Source of the DNA: an uncultured Clostridia bacterium
Lineage (GTDB): Bacteria > Bacillota > Clostridia > Christensenellales > Borkfalkiaceae
DNA: 64,000 bases
Direction: 5' to 3'
NCBI GenBank assembly: GCA_934278995.1
Contig: CAKQWM010000003.1
Span: forward strand, 62,516 to 126,515
Below are positions 9,252 to 20,037 of the stretch, one piece after another. A program made the translations under genes and the position numbers. The notes beneath the pieces are model-generated. The model was not told where the DNA came from. It was given only the letters and a program-made list of their open reading frames with translations, and searched no databases. Every line of letters begins with the position of its first letter. Position 1 is the first letter of the stretch.

Positions 9252-10301
9252 ATGGCTAAATTAAACGACGACTATTTTACACAAAGAAAAATTAACGCAA
9301 TCACACAATTAAATAAAGCCCTTGTAGAATTGCCCGATTTTATGCGTGAGTATCTTTTGGGCATAGAAACGAGGACGTCGCCTCTTACACGGCTCAATTA
9401 TTGCATGGATTTAGCCATTTTTTTTGATTTTATATCAAACAAATACTCGATTTCCGTTAAGGAAATAGATTATAAAATGCTTGATAAGATTACGGCGTTC
9501 GATATCGAACAATTTTTGAGTTATATTTCAAGTTTTGACTATAAAGGAGAGCATCATACGTGCGACGAAAAGGCAAAAGCGCGTAAATTAGCCTCGATTC
9601 GTTCTATGTATAAATACTTTTTCAACAAAAATTTAATCGTCGCTAACACCGCTTCCAAAGTCACTACGCCTAAACTTCACGAAAAAGAAATCGTCAGGCT
9701 TGAAAACAACGAAATAAAAAACCTGTTGTACTCTGCCGAAACCGGCGCGGGGCTTACAAAACATCAACTCGCCTATCAAAAAAACACACAGTTACGCGAC
9801 GTATGTCTTCTTACCCTGTTCTTAGGCACGGGAATACGTATCAGTGAACTCGTCGGCTTGAACGTTAACGACGTTTTTCTTGAAAACAACAGTTTTGTAG
9901 TAACGAGAAAAGGCGGAAATCGCGCTATATTATACTATACGGACGAAGTAAAAGAAGAACTCAAACGCTGGATTTTGGCAAGAGAACAAATACCCGGTCT
10001 TTTAAAAGAAGAACAAGCCCTGTTTGTTTCCTTAAAACTAAAGCGTATAAGCGTCAGGGCTGTTCAGGACTTAGTGAAAAAATATGCAAAAATTGTATCG
10101 CCTTTGAAGCATATTACGCCACACAAATTACGCAGTACTTTCGGTACGAAACTATATCGTGAAACCGGAGATATTTACGTAGTAGCAGACTATCTCGGAC
10201 ATAAAGATATCAATACGACCAAGCGTCATTACGCCGCTATGAGTGAAGATATCAGAAAGAAAGCGATAAAAACTATCAAACTTAAAAACGACGATAATTA
10301 A
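9252..10301 (+). CDS. Tyrosine site-specific recombinase (Xer-like / phage-integrase family)
   Basis: The C-terminal catalytic region contains HKLRSTFGTKLY and GHKDINTTKRHY, giving the R..H..R..Y residues. The N-terminus has a core-binding domain (MREYLLGIETRTSPLTRLNYCMDL). Confidence 0.85.
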   Translation: MAKLNDDYFTQRKINAITQLNKALVELPDFMREYLLGIETRTSPLTRLNYCMDLAIFFDFISNKYSISVKEIDYKMLDKITAFDIEQFLSYISSFDYKGEHHTCDEKAKARKLASIRSMYKYFFNKNLIVANTASKVTTPKLHEKEIVRLENNEIKNLLYSAETGAGLTKHQLAYQKNTQLRDVCLLTLFLGTGIRISELVGLNVNDVFLENNSFVVTRKGGNRAILYYTDEVKEELKRWILAREQIPGLLKEEQALFVSLKLKRISVRAVQDLVKKYAKIVSPLKHITPHKLRSTFGTKLYRETGDIYVVADYLGHKDINTTKRHYAAMSEDIRKKAIKTIKLKNDDN

Positions 10302-10351
10302 AATTATGCTTGTCATAATTTTATCTAAAATACTTGATTATATAAGCGATT

Positions 10352-11392
10352 ATGCAAAACATTCTGATTATCGAACCGCTTTTTGACGGAGAGATTTACG
10401 ACGAAAAGAAAGACGAAATAACCGCGCTTTGCGATAGCGCCGACGGAAAGGTTAAAGTTATTGTTTCACAAGTTATCCGCACGATAACGCCCGCTACTTT
10501 CATAGGAAAAGGCAAAGCGGAAAGCATTAAAGAAATCATTTCCGAAACCCCTGTAGATTTATGCGTATTTGACGGGGAATTATCCCCTTCTCAAACACTT
10601 AACCTATCCGATATCATAGGCATTCCCGTTATCACAAGGACAAATCTGATACTTGATATTTTTGCGCGTCACGCAAAAAGTTCGGAAGGTAAAATTCTCG
10701 TCGAACTTGCCCAACTTAAATATATCTACCCTCGCCTCAAGGGTAATGGCGACAGTATGTCGCGCCTTGGCGCGGGAATCGGCACTCGCGGTCCCGGCGA
10801 AACACAATTAGAAACCGACAGAAGGCACATAAGAGCAAGAATTTTATCCCTTGAAGACTCGCTTGAAAAAATAAGAACGCGTCGCAATCTTGAATACAAA
10901 CGCCGTAAAAAAAATCGCGCTAAAACCGTCGTTTTAGTCGGATATACCAACGTCGGCAAATCAACTTTGTTAAATCTTTTATGCCAGTCTTCTGATTTAA
11001 TGATGGATAAACTGTTTGCGACGCTCGATACTTCGTCTAAACGCGCTTATATAAACGGTTATAACGTTGTTTTCGTCGATACGGTCGGTTTTATTAAGAA
11101 TTTACCCGACGATCTTACCGAAGCGTTTAAATCTACTTTGGAATGCATACGCGAAGCAGACCTTATACTGAACGTGTCCGACGCGACGAAAAATTGGAAA
11201 GAACAATTTTCAATAACCGAAGAATTGTTGAAAAAGTTCGAGCATACCGCGGAAATTATCGACGTCTTGAATAAATGCGATAAAATGCCCGATGAGTTTG
11301 TTCCCGAAAAAATAATTAAAATTTCTGCGCTTAAAAAACAAGGCATCGATGAGTTGAAAAATATTGTCGTATCAAAACTCGGCTTAAAATAA
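10352..11392 (+). CDS. hflX: GTPase HflX
   Basis: HflX N-domain, G1 motif GYTNVGKSTLLN, then DTVGF. The ORF is 346 aa. Confidence 0.9.
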   Translation: MQNILIIEPLFDGEIYDEKKDEITALCDSADGKVKVIVSQVIRTITPATFIGKGKAESIKEIISETPVDLCVFDGELSPSQTLNLSDIIGIPVITRTNLILDIFARHAKSSEGKILVELAQLKYIYPRLKGNGDSMSRLGAGIGTRGPGETQLETDRRHIRARILSLEDSLEKIRTRRNLEYKRRKKNRAKTVVLVGYTNVGKSTLLNLLCQSSDLMMDKLFATLDTSSKRAYINGYNVVFVDTVGFIKNLPDDLTEAFKSTLECIREADLILNVSDATKNWKEQFSITEELLKKFEHTAEIIDVLNKCDKMPDEFVPEKIIKISALKKQGIDELKNIVVSKLGLK

Positions 11393-11415
11393 CGAATATT
11401 TACTTAATAAAAATA

Positions 11416-11440
11416 CCCGACAGTATCGTCGGATATTTTT
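11416..11440. terminator. Weak candidate bidirectional terminator between the convergent hflX and kinase genes
   Basis: A short stem CCGAC/GTCGG is flanked by A/T runs. Confidence 0.3.
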
Positions 11441-11448
11441 ATATACGT

Positions 11449-12540
11449 CTATTTGCATGCGCATTTATCTACAATATCTTTTATTTCAATAAGTTTTCGT
11501 TCTATTTTTTGAGATAAAATAATCTGATTGTTTGCCCTGTCGAGGTTTTGATTTTCATACAGACAATTGAAGTATAAATCGCCGTCAAGATAATCTTTTA
11601 AAAACCTCGAAGCAAGTTCAAGCGTCATAATATAAGGCGCTATATACAAGGTGTTTAGTTCTTCTTCCGATAAAGCATTTACGGTTTTCGACAAAAAACC
11701 TTTCGTAAACGCCCGAAATTTATTAAGATCAAAATCAATTTTGTCATAATCGGTTTCGTCTTCTTTAGCCGTCGAACAAATCGAGCGTGAGCCGTCGCCG
11801 AAATCATACGCGACAAGCCCTCGCATTACAGTATCGAGATCGATTACGGTAAGCGCTTTTTTACTTACTTTATCGAACAAAACGTTATTACATTTTGTGT
11901 CGTTATGCGTAACTTTTAATTGAATTTTCCCCTCTTTTAATCTCGAAGTAAAAAACGAAGCGTACTCGCTTTTCGATTTTAAATATTTTATCTGCTTTTC
12001 GACAAGTTTTTTTCGGTTTGCGAGGTTTTTTTTGACCGAATCGAAAAAGGAATGAAAGCGTTTTTCCGTATCGTGAAAGTCTTCAATGGTATCAAATAAA
12101 TTTTCTGCGTTAAAATCGCTTAAAAACAGTTGAAATTTTCCGTAGGCTTTGCCTGTTTCTTCAACGACGGAAATATCGTCCGTTTCATCGAAGGTAACCG
12201 AATTGTCGATATATTTATAAACCCGCCAAAATTCGCCGTTATTATCGATAAAATAAGGTAAATCGTTTTTCGCAGAAATAAATTCTATCACCTGCCTGTT
12301 TTTGTCGCGCGTATGAATTTTTCTTCTTATATGATTAGTTACGTCGATCACGTTTTTCATAAGTCTTTGCGGGTTTTTAAAAACGTAGCCGTTGATTTTT
12401 TGCAAAATATATTTTATTTGCCCGCAATTTGCGCTGTTTATTACAAGATAAGTTTTGTTAATATTGCCCGAAGTCAGTTTATTGTATTTTAAAAAATTAC
12501 CTTCCGTTTTAAAATTTGCGATAACTTCGCTTATTTCCAT
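11449..12540 (-). CDS. APH-fold phosphotransferase / kinase-like protein, possibly N-acetylhexosamine-kinase-like
   Basis: A catalytic-loop-like segment VTHNDTKCNNVLFD is followed by IDLDTV, which serves as the DFG equivalent. The ORF is 363 aa. Confidence 0.5.
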   Translation of the reverse strand: MEISEVIANFKTEGNFLKYNKLTSGNINKTYLVINSANCGQIKYILQKINGYVFKNPQRLMKNVIDVTNHIRRKIHTRDKNRQVIEFISAKNDLPYFIDNNGEFWRVYKYIDNSVTFDETDDISVVEETGKAYGKFQLFLSDFNAENLFDTIEDFHDTEKRFHSFFDSVKKNLANRKKLVEKQIKYLKSKSEYASFFTSRLKEGKIQLKVTHNDTKCNNVLFDKVSKKALTVIDLDTVMRGLVAYDFGDGSRSICSTAKEDETDYDKIDFDLNKFRAFTKGFLSKTVNALSEEELNTLYIAPYIMTLELASRFLKDYLDGDLYFNCLYENQNLDRANNQIILSQKIERKLIEIKDIVDKCACK

Positions 12541-12591
12541 AATACATACCGTAAAACACGTTATATACTATGGAATATAAAATTTTTTTGA

Positions 12592-12626
12592 CAAAAAAAG
12601 CCTTACGAAATCAATTTTCGTAAGGC
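12592..12626 (-). terminator. Rho-independent terminator ending the hrcA-grpE-dnaK-dnaJ operon
   Basis: A perfect 11-bp stem GCCTTACGAAA/TTTCGTAAGGC with loop TCAAT. On the minus strand it is followed by seven U's. Confidence 0.8.
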
Positions 12627-12690
12627 ATATATTTATTTTAAGAGAAGTAAAAAATTTCTGAAAGAAAGTTTTAAACTTCTCGTAACAATA

Positions 12691-13839
12691 CTATTTATCC
12701 GCATAAGGATTTACACCGTAAAGTGATTGAACGTTGGTTTTGTACTCGCTCATTTTGGCGGTCTTGCTCACGTCTATATCGCTGTCGAACTCGCTGATCG
12801 CCGATTTTTGCGAACGACTTAGTTTGGTCGGGACTTCAACGAACGTTTTAACGTAAAGATTACCTATGCCGTATTTTGAAACGATGCCTTTACCGCGAAT
12901 CATAAATTCCTTGCCGTTTTGCGTTCCTTCGGGAATATTCAATTCGTAAGTTTTATCAAGCGTCGGCACCTGAACTTTACCGCCGAGACAAGCCGTTTTA
13001 AACGAAACGGGAAGGTCAACGAATAAGTCGAATCCTTTACGTTTAAATAATTTGTGATCCAACACTTTAAATTCAACGATGAGATTGCCTGATTCTCCGC
13101 CGTTCGGCGACGCATTGCCGAAGCCTCGTTTGGTTATATAACTACCGTTATCGGCGCCTGCGGGTATGTCGATCGTAAACGTAGTATTCGTCGATTTGTA
13201 ACCTTTACCGCCGCAATCGGGGCATTTTTCGATAATGATTTTACCCAACCCGCCGCATTTGGGACAAGTAACGATTCTTACGGTCTTGAAAAAACCTCCG
13301 CCGACGGCTTGCTGAACCTGCCCCGTACCTTTACAGTTATCGCACGTGGTAAACTTCGTACCGTCTTTGGCTCCCGTGCCTTTACAAGAGGAACAAGGCT
13401 CAGTTCTTTTATAACTGATTTCTTTTTTACAGCCTTTAGCGGCATCCATAAACGACAAAGTAACCGAAAGCCCTATGTCCGTACCAGGACGCCTTGCGGA
13501 ACTTCTTGACGACGAACCACCGGTAAATTGACTGAAAATATCGCCGAAGATATCGGAAAAACCACCGAAGCCGCCGAAACCTTCGCCCGCGGAATAACTA
13601 CCTCCCGCGCCCGCCCTTGCGAACGGATTTTCGAGTTCGTAGTCGTACTGCTCACGCTTTTTCGGATCGGACAAGACTTCGTTTGCCTCGTTTATTTCCT
13701 TAAACTTAGCGGCAACCGTTTCATCGTTCGGATGTAAATCGGGATGGTATTGCTTTACTAATTTTCTGTATTGAGCTTTAATTTCCTCTTGCGTTGCTTT
13801 TTTATCGACGCCGAGAATTTCGTAATAGTTTTTCGCCAT
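12691..13839 (-). CDS. dnaJ: Molecular chaperone DnaJ
   Basis: J domain with YHPD, a Gly/Phe-rich region, and four CxxCxGxG zinc-finger repeats. Confidence 0.95.
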   Translation of the reverse strand: MAKNYYEILGVDKKATQEEIKAQYRKLVKQYHPDLHPNDETVAAKFKEINEANEVLSDPKKREQYDYELENPFARAGAGGSYSAGEGFGGFGGFSDIFGDIFSQFTGGSSSRSSARRPGTDIGLSVTLSFMDAAKGCKKEISYKRTEPCSSCKGTGAKDGTKFTTCDNCKGTGQVQQAVGGGFFKTVRIVTCPKCGGLGKIIIEKCPDCGGKGYKSTNTTFTIDIPAGADNGSYITKRGFGNASPNGGESGNLIVEFKVLDHKLFKRKGFDLFVDLPVSFKTACLGGKVQVPTLDKTYELNIPEGTQNGKEFMIRGKGIVSKYGIGNLYVKTFVEVPTKLSRSQKSAISEFDSDIDVSKTAKMSEYKTNVQSLYGVNPYADK

Positions 13840-13863
13840 AATTACACCTTAATTCGGTGGCGC

Positions 13864-13893
13864 AATTTTTCACGCCACCGAACGATTTACAAA
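13864..13893. other. Intergenic 10-bp perfect stem-loop between dnaK and dnaJ (TTCGGTGGCG/CGCCACCGAA)
   Basis: A perfect inverted repeat with no U-tract. It is a likely intra-operon attenuator or processing structure. Confidence 0.5.
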
Positions 13894-13914
13894 AAATGTT
13901 TATTTACGCGCCGA

Positions 13915-15723
13915 TTAGTTCTGATGGAATTCGGTATCTCCGTTATCGGCTGACTGTTGACCTTCGCTTTGTTGAGCGTTTTCCTGCGCCGCTTGCTGAT
14001 AAATCTTGGCGAATACGCCTTGCGCTTCCGTCGAGAGTTTTTCGTTGGCGGATTTAATTCTGTCGGCGTCATCGCTTGCAAGATCTTCTTTAGCCGATTT
14101 GATTGCTTCTTCGAGTTTAGCCTTATCTTCTTCGGAAACTTTATCGCCGTTTTCGCGCAAAGTCTTTTCAATCGAGAAAATCAAACCGTCGAGTTGATTT
14201 TTGTTATCAACCGCTTCTTTACGTTTCTTATCTTCGGCTTCATACTGCTCGGCTTCTTTAACCGCGCGGTCGATGTCTTCGTCGGAAAGGTTCGTCGATG
14301 AAGTAATGGTTATATCGGTAGATTTGTTGGTACCGAGGTCTTTAGCCGATACGTGAACGATACCGTTTGCGTCGATATCGAAAGTAACTTCTATCTGAGG
14401 TATCCCTCTCGGAGCGGGCATAATGCCTGTCAAATCAAATCTGCCGAGCGTTTTGTTATCCTTAGCAAATTGTCTTTCGCCTTGTAAAACGTGGATACTT
14501 ACTTCGGGTTGATTATCTACCGCGGTAGAGAATATCTGCGATTTCTTTACGGGGATAGTTGTGTTACGTTCGATAAGTTTGGTGAAAACGCCGCCCAAAG
14601 TTTCGATACCCAAAGAAAGAGGAGTTACGTCGAGAAGCAATACGTCTTTGACTTCACCGGATAATACGCCGCCTTGTATAGCCGCGCCGATAGCAACGCA
14701 TTCGTCGGGGTTAATGCCTTTGAAAGGTTCCTTACCGGTAATTTTTCTGACCGTATCGACAACGGCGGGGATTCTCGTCGAACCGCCGACCAGAATAACT
14801 TTTTCGATATCGTTAAAGGTTAGTCCCGCATCCTTCATGGCTTTGTTCAAGGGTTCGACGGTAGCCTGAACGAGTTCCGCCGTCAAAGCGTCGAATTTCT
14901 GACGGGTAAGAGTTTCGTCAAGGTGCTTCGCTTCACTGCCGACAGCCGTAATGAACGGAATATTGATATTTGTAGAAGTAAGCGTAGAAAGTTCTATTTT
15001 AGCCTTTTCTGCGGCTTCTTTAAGCCTCTGCATTGCGAGTTTGTCACCTGAAAGATCTATGCCCTCTTTGGCTTTGAACTGGCCTACGAGATAGTCCATA
15101 ATCTTTTTATCGAAGTCGTCGCCGCCGAGCATACAGTTACCGTTAGTTGCCAGAACTTCAAACACGCCGTCGCCTATATCCATAATGGAAACGTCGAACG
15201 TACCACCGCCAAGGTCGTAAATGATAACTTTATGCGATGATTTATCCTTATCAAGCCCGTAAGCAAGCGCAGCCGCGGTAGGTTCGTTTATAACACGAAG
15301 GACGTTTAAACCGGCGATTTTACCTGCGTCTTTGGTTGCCTGACGCTGACTGTCCGTAAAGTATGCGGGGCAGGTAATAACGGCGTCTTTCACGGTTTCG
15401 CCGAGGTATGCTTCCGCATCTTTTTTAAGTTTGGAAAGAATCATTGCAGAAATTTCCTGCGGGCTGTACTGCTTATCGTCTATGGTTACTTTATAATCGG
15501 AACCCATGTGGCGTTTAATGGAAATAACGGTTCTTTCGGGGTTAGCGACCGCCTGACGTTTTGCTATCTGACCGACAAGCCTCTGCCCGTCTTTCTGAAA
15601 ACCTACTACGGAAGGAGTGGTTCTCGAACCTTCCGAGTTTGCGATTACTACGGGTTCGTTACCTTCCATAACGGCAACGCACGAGTTTGTAGTACCTAAA
15701 TCTATACCTATAACTTTTGACAT
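13915..15723 (-). CDS. dnaK: Molecular chaperone DnaK (Hsp70)
   Basis: Begins [17 protein letters not shown] and carries DLGGGTFD. The ORF is 602 aa. Confidence 0.97.
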   Translation of the reverse strand: MSKVIGIDLGTTNSCVAVMEGNEPVVIANSEGSRTTPSVVGFQKDGQRLVGQIAKRQAVANPERTVISIKRHMGSDYKVTIDDKQYSPQEISAMILSKLKKDAEAYLGETVKDAVITCPAYFTDSQRQATKDAGKIAGLNVLRVINEPTAAALAYGLDKDKSSHKVIIYDLGGGTFDVSIMDIGDGVFEVLATNGNCMLGGDDFDKKIMDYLVGQFKAKEGIDLSGDKLAMQRLKEAAEKAKIELSTLTSTNINIPFITAVGSEAKHLDETLTRQKFDALTAELVQATVEPLNKAMKDAGLTFNDIEKVILVGGSTRIPAVVDTVRKITGKEPFKGINPDECVAIGAAIQGGVLSGEVKDVLLLDVTPLSLGIETLGGVFTKLIERNTTIPVKKSQIFSTAVDNQPEVSIHVLQGERQFAKDNKTLGRFDLTGIMPAPRGIPQIEVTFDIDANGIVHVSAKDLGTNKSTDITITSSTNLSDEDIDRAVKEAEQYEAEDKKRKEAVDNKNQLDGLIFSIEKTLRENGDKVSEEDKAKLEEAIKSAKEDLASDDADRIKSANEKLSTEAQGVFAKIYQQAAQENAQQSEGQQSADNGDTEFHQN

Positions 15724-15805
15724 AATATTATCTCCTTAAAAAATTATTTTTTAAATTAAATTTTATATTTATATGATGAAACAATCCGTTTGCCCGCGGT
15801 AGTTA

Positions 15806-16426
15806 TTATTTCGTAACGACTACCTGACAATATCTGATTATTTTATCGTCTAATTTATAACCCTTTTTGAACACGGTTTTAACAACGTTCAAACCTTCGC
15901 CTTCTTCCGCTTCTACGGTATGAATTGCTTCGGAAGTATCGGGATTAAAAACTTCTCCGACGGGGTTTATCGTTTCGACGCCCATAGACTCTAAAGAATC
16001 TCTGAACTGTCTTGCAATAAGATTTACGCCCTCTCTCGTCTTTTCGTCGAGGTCGGTTGAAAGCGCCCTTTCGATGCTGTCGCCGATAACCAGAATGTTT
16101 AATATCGTATCCTTTTTGCCGTCGAAATACGCGTTTCTTCTTACTTCCGAGTTTCTCTTTTTGTAATTTTCAAACTCGGCAACCGAGCGATACCATTTAT
16201 CTTTAAAATCGGCGCTCTCGCCTTTTAATTTTTCTATTATTTTATCGAGTTCGGAAAGTTCGGATACGGTTTTTTCGCTTTCGGCAAGCGTTGCTTTTAA
16301 AACGCTTTTCAATTCTTCTGCCGAGAGAGAATCAACGTCCAAACTCGCGGGTTTTTTACAAGCCTCGTCGTTTCCGATCGACTCGTCGTCTTTATGTTTT
16401 AATTCTTCTTGTTTCATTCCGATCAC
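15806..16426 (-). CDS. grpE: Nucleotide exchange factor GrpE
   Basis: Its position between hrcA and dnaK, a coiled-coil N-terminus, and the GrpE C-terminal beta domain. Confidence 0.9.
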   Translation of the reverse strand: MIGMKQEELKHKDDESIGNDEACKKPASLDVDSLSAEELKSVLKATLAESEKTVSELSELDKIIEKLKGESADFKDKWYRSVAEFENYKKRNSEVRRNAYFDGKKDTILNILVIGDSIERALSTDLDEKTREGVNLIARQFRDSLESMGVETINPVGEVFNPDTSEAIHTVEAEEGEGLNVVKTVFKKGYKLDDKIIRYCQVVVTK

Positions 16427-16429
16427 CTT

Positions 16430-17446
16430 TTACTTTTTTGTTAAAATTGTTTCGATAAACCGACCGACGTTTTCGAGAACCGATACGACTTTTTTATAAT
16501 CCATTCTCGTAGGTCCTATCACGCCGTAAGTTGCGATTTCTTTTCCGTTTGCGGAATAAGTTGCGGTAACAAGCGAGCAGTCATCCGGAATTTCTTCGTA
16601 TCCGTCGGCGCCGATTTTTACGTTGACTTTAACGCCTTTGTTTCCCGATAAAAGATTGAAAACTTTATCTTTTTTGGTAACGACCGACATAAATTCCCTT
16701 ATTTTATCCACGTCGGCGTATTCGGGATGAGCAAGTATTTTTTCTTCGCCGTCGATTACAACTTCTTCGTTTTTGGAAACGTAATTTCTCAAAGCGTCGA
16801 TGACGGCTAAAAAAACCGACCTGTATTCGTAGAACGCATCGTCAATCACGAGTTTGCTGTCGCAGACTTCGGAAAAAGTTTTTCCGATAAAAAATTGACC
16901 TAAAAGTTCGTTTGCGTTATCCAAACTTTCATCCGGCAAATCGGCGGGTAAGTCGATAACGTTGTCTTTTAACAGTTTGTTATCGGTAACGATAACCAAA
17001 AGCGCCCCGTCGTTTTTGAAACGGAATAATTTGATGTTTCGTATCACCTCGTTTAAATCGCACGAAGTAATCGCAAGTGAGGTGTATTCGGTAAGTTCCG
17101 AAATAACCTTAGCGGTGTTTTTTACGATCTGTTGTATATCGTTTGTTTTGTCGAGAAAAAGTTTCTCGATATAATCAAGATCCTCCGCTTTCAAATCGTC
17201 CGTTTCCATAAGTTCGGAAACGTAAAATTTGTAGGCTTGCTTTGAAGGAACGCGCCCCGCGGAAGTATGCGGTTGATATAAAAAACCGAGTTCTTCCAAA
17301 GAAGACAATTCGCTTCTCACGGTTGCGGAACTTATAGTTGTAAGATATTTTTCCGTTATACTTTTTGAGGATACGGGAGTAGCCGTTTCTATATAATCGT
17401 CAACGACTAATTTAAGTATCTTCTTTTTTCTGTCGGACAGTTCCAT
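16430..17446 (-). CDS. hrcA: Heat-inducible transcriptional repressor HrcA
   Basis: Begins MELSDRKKKILKLVVDDYIETATPVSSKSI. The ORF is 338 aa, sits upstream of grpE, and has a CIRCE element in its leader. Confidence 0.93.
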   Translation of the reverse strand: MELSDRKKKILKLVVDDYIETATPVSSKSITEKYLTTISSATVRSELSSLEELGFLYQPHTSAGRVPSKQAYKFYVSELMETDDLKAEDLDYIEKLFLDKTNDIQQIVKNTAKVISELTEYTSLAITSCDLNEVIRNIKLFRFKNDGALLVIVTDNKLLKDNVIDLPADLPDESLDNANELLGQFFIGKTFSEVCDSKLVIDDAFYEYRSVFLAVIDALRNYVSKNEEVVIDGEEKILAHPEYADVDKIREFMSVVTKKDKVFNLLSGNKGVKVNVKIGADGYEEIPDDCSLVTATYSANGKEIATYGVIGPTRMDYKKVVSVLENVGRFIETILTKK

Positions 17447-17473
17447 AGTTTTGGCAAACCTCCTTTTAGAGTG

Positions 17474-17500
17474 TTAGCACTCAATAGCCTTGATTGCTAA
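17474..17500. promoter_or_regulatory. CIRCE operator (HrcA binding site)
   Basis: The minus strand reads TTAGCAATC-N9-GAGTGCTAA, one mismatch from the consensus TTAGCACTC-N9-GAGTGCTAA. It lies between the hrcA promoter and the start codon. Confidence 0.85.
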
Positions 17501-17501
17501 T

Positions 17502-17530
17502 TTCTGCACATATTCTACTACTATATTTTT
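17502..17530 (-). promoter_or_regulatory. Sigma-A promoter of the hrcA operon
   Basis: The minus strand reads TTGACA, a 17-nt spacer, then TAGAAT, immediately upstream of CIRCE. Confidence 0.7.
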
Positions 17531-17725
17531 TGCTTGTCAAGACTTTTTACTTGTTTTTTAATAATTTTTTTAAAAAATTTTTTATTGATATTTGATCGCG
17601 ATTTAATTACGCGCGACACTATTTTTTAATTCGCGTACGCGCGTAAATATCACCTCTAAAATAATAAGTTTTATAGCGTATAGGCAAAATATAATACTTT
17701 ATGACGAAATTAAAAAATAACGAGT

Positions 17726-17757
17726 TTAAAAAACGACGCCCGAAATTTTCGAGCGTC
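17726..17757 (-). terminator. Candidate rho-independent terminator after folA
   Basis: An imperfect GC stem GACGC..CCG / CGG..GCGTC is followed by a U-run on the minus strand. Confidence 0.45.
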
Positions 17758-17843
17758 AGACAAAAAAACTATAACTTAGTTTAAAAATGGTAGTTTTCGG
17801 ATGTTATCAAAAAAACTCGTCGTTTGAAACGGAATTTCCCCCG

Positions 17844-18353
17844 TTAACTAAACGAATAAACCTCCGGAGATAAATTTTCATATAAAACGAATCTGAATTT
17901 TATATCCTTATAACTTTTTATTTCCGATAAATAAGTTTTCAGATAATCAGAATTTTCCGAAAGATTTTCAAAAAACACAGTCGCCTTTCCGTCCGAATAA
18001 ACTTCGGTTACGTAAACGTTTTTTACGTAAGGCAACATAGTTTTATAAAACATACCGCCACCGATTACAAAAACGTCATCGTCATCGTAGTTTTTAAGCG
18101 CGGTAAATAATTCGTTCAGTGAGTGAACGACTATAAGGTCCTCTCTTTCGACGCCCTGCGGAGCAAGAACGATATTTATTCTGTTTTTTAGCGGGGCGGC
18201 GTCTGGTAAAGACAATAAGGTATTGTATCCCATACAAACGACTTTGTTTTTAGTCATCGTTCTGAAATAATTCATATCTTCGGGGATATTGAAAAGAAGA
18301 CCGTTATTTCTGCCTATGCCCCATTTGCTATCGACTGCAACTATTATATTCAT
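17844..18353 (-). CDS. folA: Dihydrofolate reductase
   Basis: Begins MNIIVAVDSKWGIGRNNGLLFNIPEDMNYFRTMT. The ORF is 169 aa and overlaps thyA by one nucleotide. Confidence 0.9.
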   Translation of the reverse strand: MNIIVAVDSKWGIGRNNGLLFNIPEDMNYFRTMTKNKVVCMGYNTLLSLPDAAPLKNRINIVLAPQGVEREDLIVVHSLNELFTALKNYDDDDVFVIGGGMFYKTMLPYVKNVYVTEVYSDGKATVFFENLSENSDYLKTYLSEIKSYKDIKFRFVLYENLSPEVYSFS

Positions 18354-19183
18354 CAGATTGCGACCTCTAATTTGTCCGTGAGCGGCGTTGATTTGTAATC
18401 GATAAGTTCGAAATCATCGACTTTAAAATCGTAAAAATCGGTCACGTCGCGCTTAATAACGAGTTTCGGCGCGTCGTACTCGGGGTTTAAAAACATTTTT
18501 TGCAAAACGGGTACGTGTCTGTCGTAAATATGCGCGTCGGCTATTACGTGTACGAATTCCCCTACCTCAAAACCGGTAACCTTGGCAAGCATCATAAGTA
18601 AAACCGAATATTGAACAACGTTCCAGTTATTTGCCACAACCATATCGTTGGAACGCTGATTTAAAATGCCGTTCAGTTTGTTGCCGGTAACGTTAAACGT
18701 CATCGAGTACGCGCACGGATACAGATTCATTTCGTTAAGATCTGCAAAATTATAAATATTAGTCATAATTCGGCGCGAAGCGGGATTGTTTTTCAAATCA
18801 TAAATTACTCTGTCAACCTGATCGAATTCCCCTTCTTTATATTTGTGCTTAACCGATAACTGATAACCGTACGCTTTACCTATCGAACCCGATTCGTCCG
18901 CCCAACTGTCCCAGATATGACTGTTCAGATCGTGAACGTTATTAGACTTTTTTTGCCAAATCCACAATAATTCGTCAACGCAGGACTTAAAAAACGTTTT
19001 CCTGATCGTCAGTATAGGAAATTCTTTCGATAAATCGTATCTGTTTACGATGCAAAATTTCTTTATGGTGTGGGCAGGCGTACCGTCTTCCCAGTGAGGG
19101 CGAACTTTCAGATTATCGTCGTTCCATCCGTTTTCGAGAATATCTTTACAGTTCTTTATAAAAACTTTATCGGCGTAACTCAT
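18353..19183 (-). CDS. thyA: Thymidylate synthase
   Basis: Carries RRIMTNIYN and the active-site cysteine context YPCAYSMTFNV. Confidence 0.92.
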   Translation of the reverse strand: MSYADKVFIKNCKDILENGWNDDNLKVRPHWEDGTPAHTIKKFCIVNRYDLSKEFPILTIRKTFFKSCVDELLWIWQKKSNNVHDLNSHIWDSWADESGSIGKAYGYQLSVKHKYKEGEFDQVDRVIYDLKNNPASRRIMTNIYNFADLNEMNLYPCAYSMTFNVTGNKLNGILNQRSNDMVVANNWNVVQYSVLLMMLAKVTGFEVGEFVHVIADAHIYDRHVPVLQKMFLNPEYDAPKLVIKRDVTDFYDFKVDDFELIDYKSTPLTDKLEVAI

Positions 19184-19203
19184 AGTGTCCTCCTTATTGA
19201 ACG

Positions 19204-19986
19204 CTAAAATGCGTCTTTTTGTTTTTTTGAAAATTTAGAAGCGATTATTTTCGCCTGTATTTTGTAAGGCGTAATCTTTGTGAAAAAATAAACTATTTTA
19301 TTGTAAAAACCGGGAATAAACTTGCGCTTTTTTTTCTTTAAGGCGTTTAAACTTTTTTTAACGACGTATTCGGGAGATTTTGAAGATAATTTACCCGTAA
19401 GTCCTTGCTTTTTAATATCTTCGATAACGTCCGGACGGGTGGGTACCGAGCCGGGCATAACGGTTAAAAAAGTTACGTCTTTATACTCGTAACGTATTCC
19501 GTCAAAAAAGTCGTTCAACGCCGACTTGGTCGCCGAATATAAAGCAAAATACGGCATGGGAGTTAATCCGCACATCGACGAAACGGTTAAAACCTCGAAA
19601 TCGTCGGCGCGGTGGTCAAGCGCAAATTTAGTTAAAGAAATTACAGAGGAAAAGTTAACCTCGATCTGAAAACGGATTTTTTGCTGTGTGTACCCGGAAA
19701 AAGGCATCTGGGTGTCAACCCCCGCAACGTTTATCAGACGTTTGAAAACAAGACCGAGTTTTTCCATGTCCGAAAAAGCGCGAAGCCTGTCTTCGCTTAC
19801 GGAAAGATCGCACTTTATAGTAACGACGTCTGCCGTTTTGAAAAGACTTTTTAATTCCTCTTTAAGACTATTGAGTTTTTCTTCGTTTCTGCCGACTAAG
19901 ACGAGATTTTCACCTTGCCGTATCTGATTTAACGCGAAGGCTTTTCCTATTACTCCCGTTGCGCCGGTAATTATTACGTAGTTCAT
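19204..19986 (-). CDS. SDR-family short-chain dehydrogenase/reductase
   Basis: Rossmann N-terminus ITGATGVIGKAFA, and the catalytic YSATK segment that matches the YxxxK motif. Confidence 0.8.
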   Translation of the reverse strand: MNYVIITGATGVIGKAFALNQIRQGENLVLVGRNEEKLNSLKEELKSLFKTADVVTIKCDLSVSEDRLRAFSDMEKLGLVFKRLINVAGVDTQMPFSGYTQQKIRFQIEVNFSSVISLTKFALDHRADDFEVLTVSSMCGLTPMPYFALYSATKSALNDFFDGIRYEYKDVTFLTVMPGSVPTRPDVIEDIKKQGLTGKLSSKSPEYVVKKSLNALKKKKRKFIPGFYNKIVYFFTKITPYKIQAKIIASKFSKKQKDAF

Positions 19987-20037
19987 AAAAGATTTAAAAA
20001 TTAAAAATTATATCAGGTATTTTAAGATATATTACGA

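Noticed and set aside
8774-10301. Integrated mobile element or prophage remnant around the tyrosine recombinase
   Set aside because: No cargo genes, no flanking direct repeats, no tRNA target, no compositional shift. Both neighbours are core genes.
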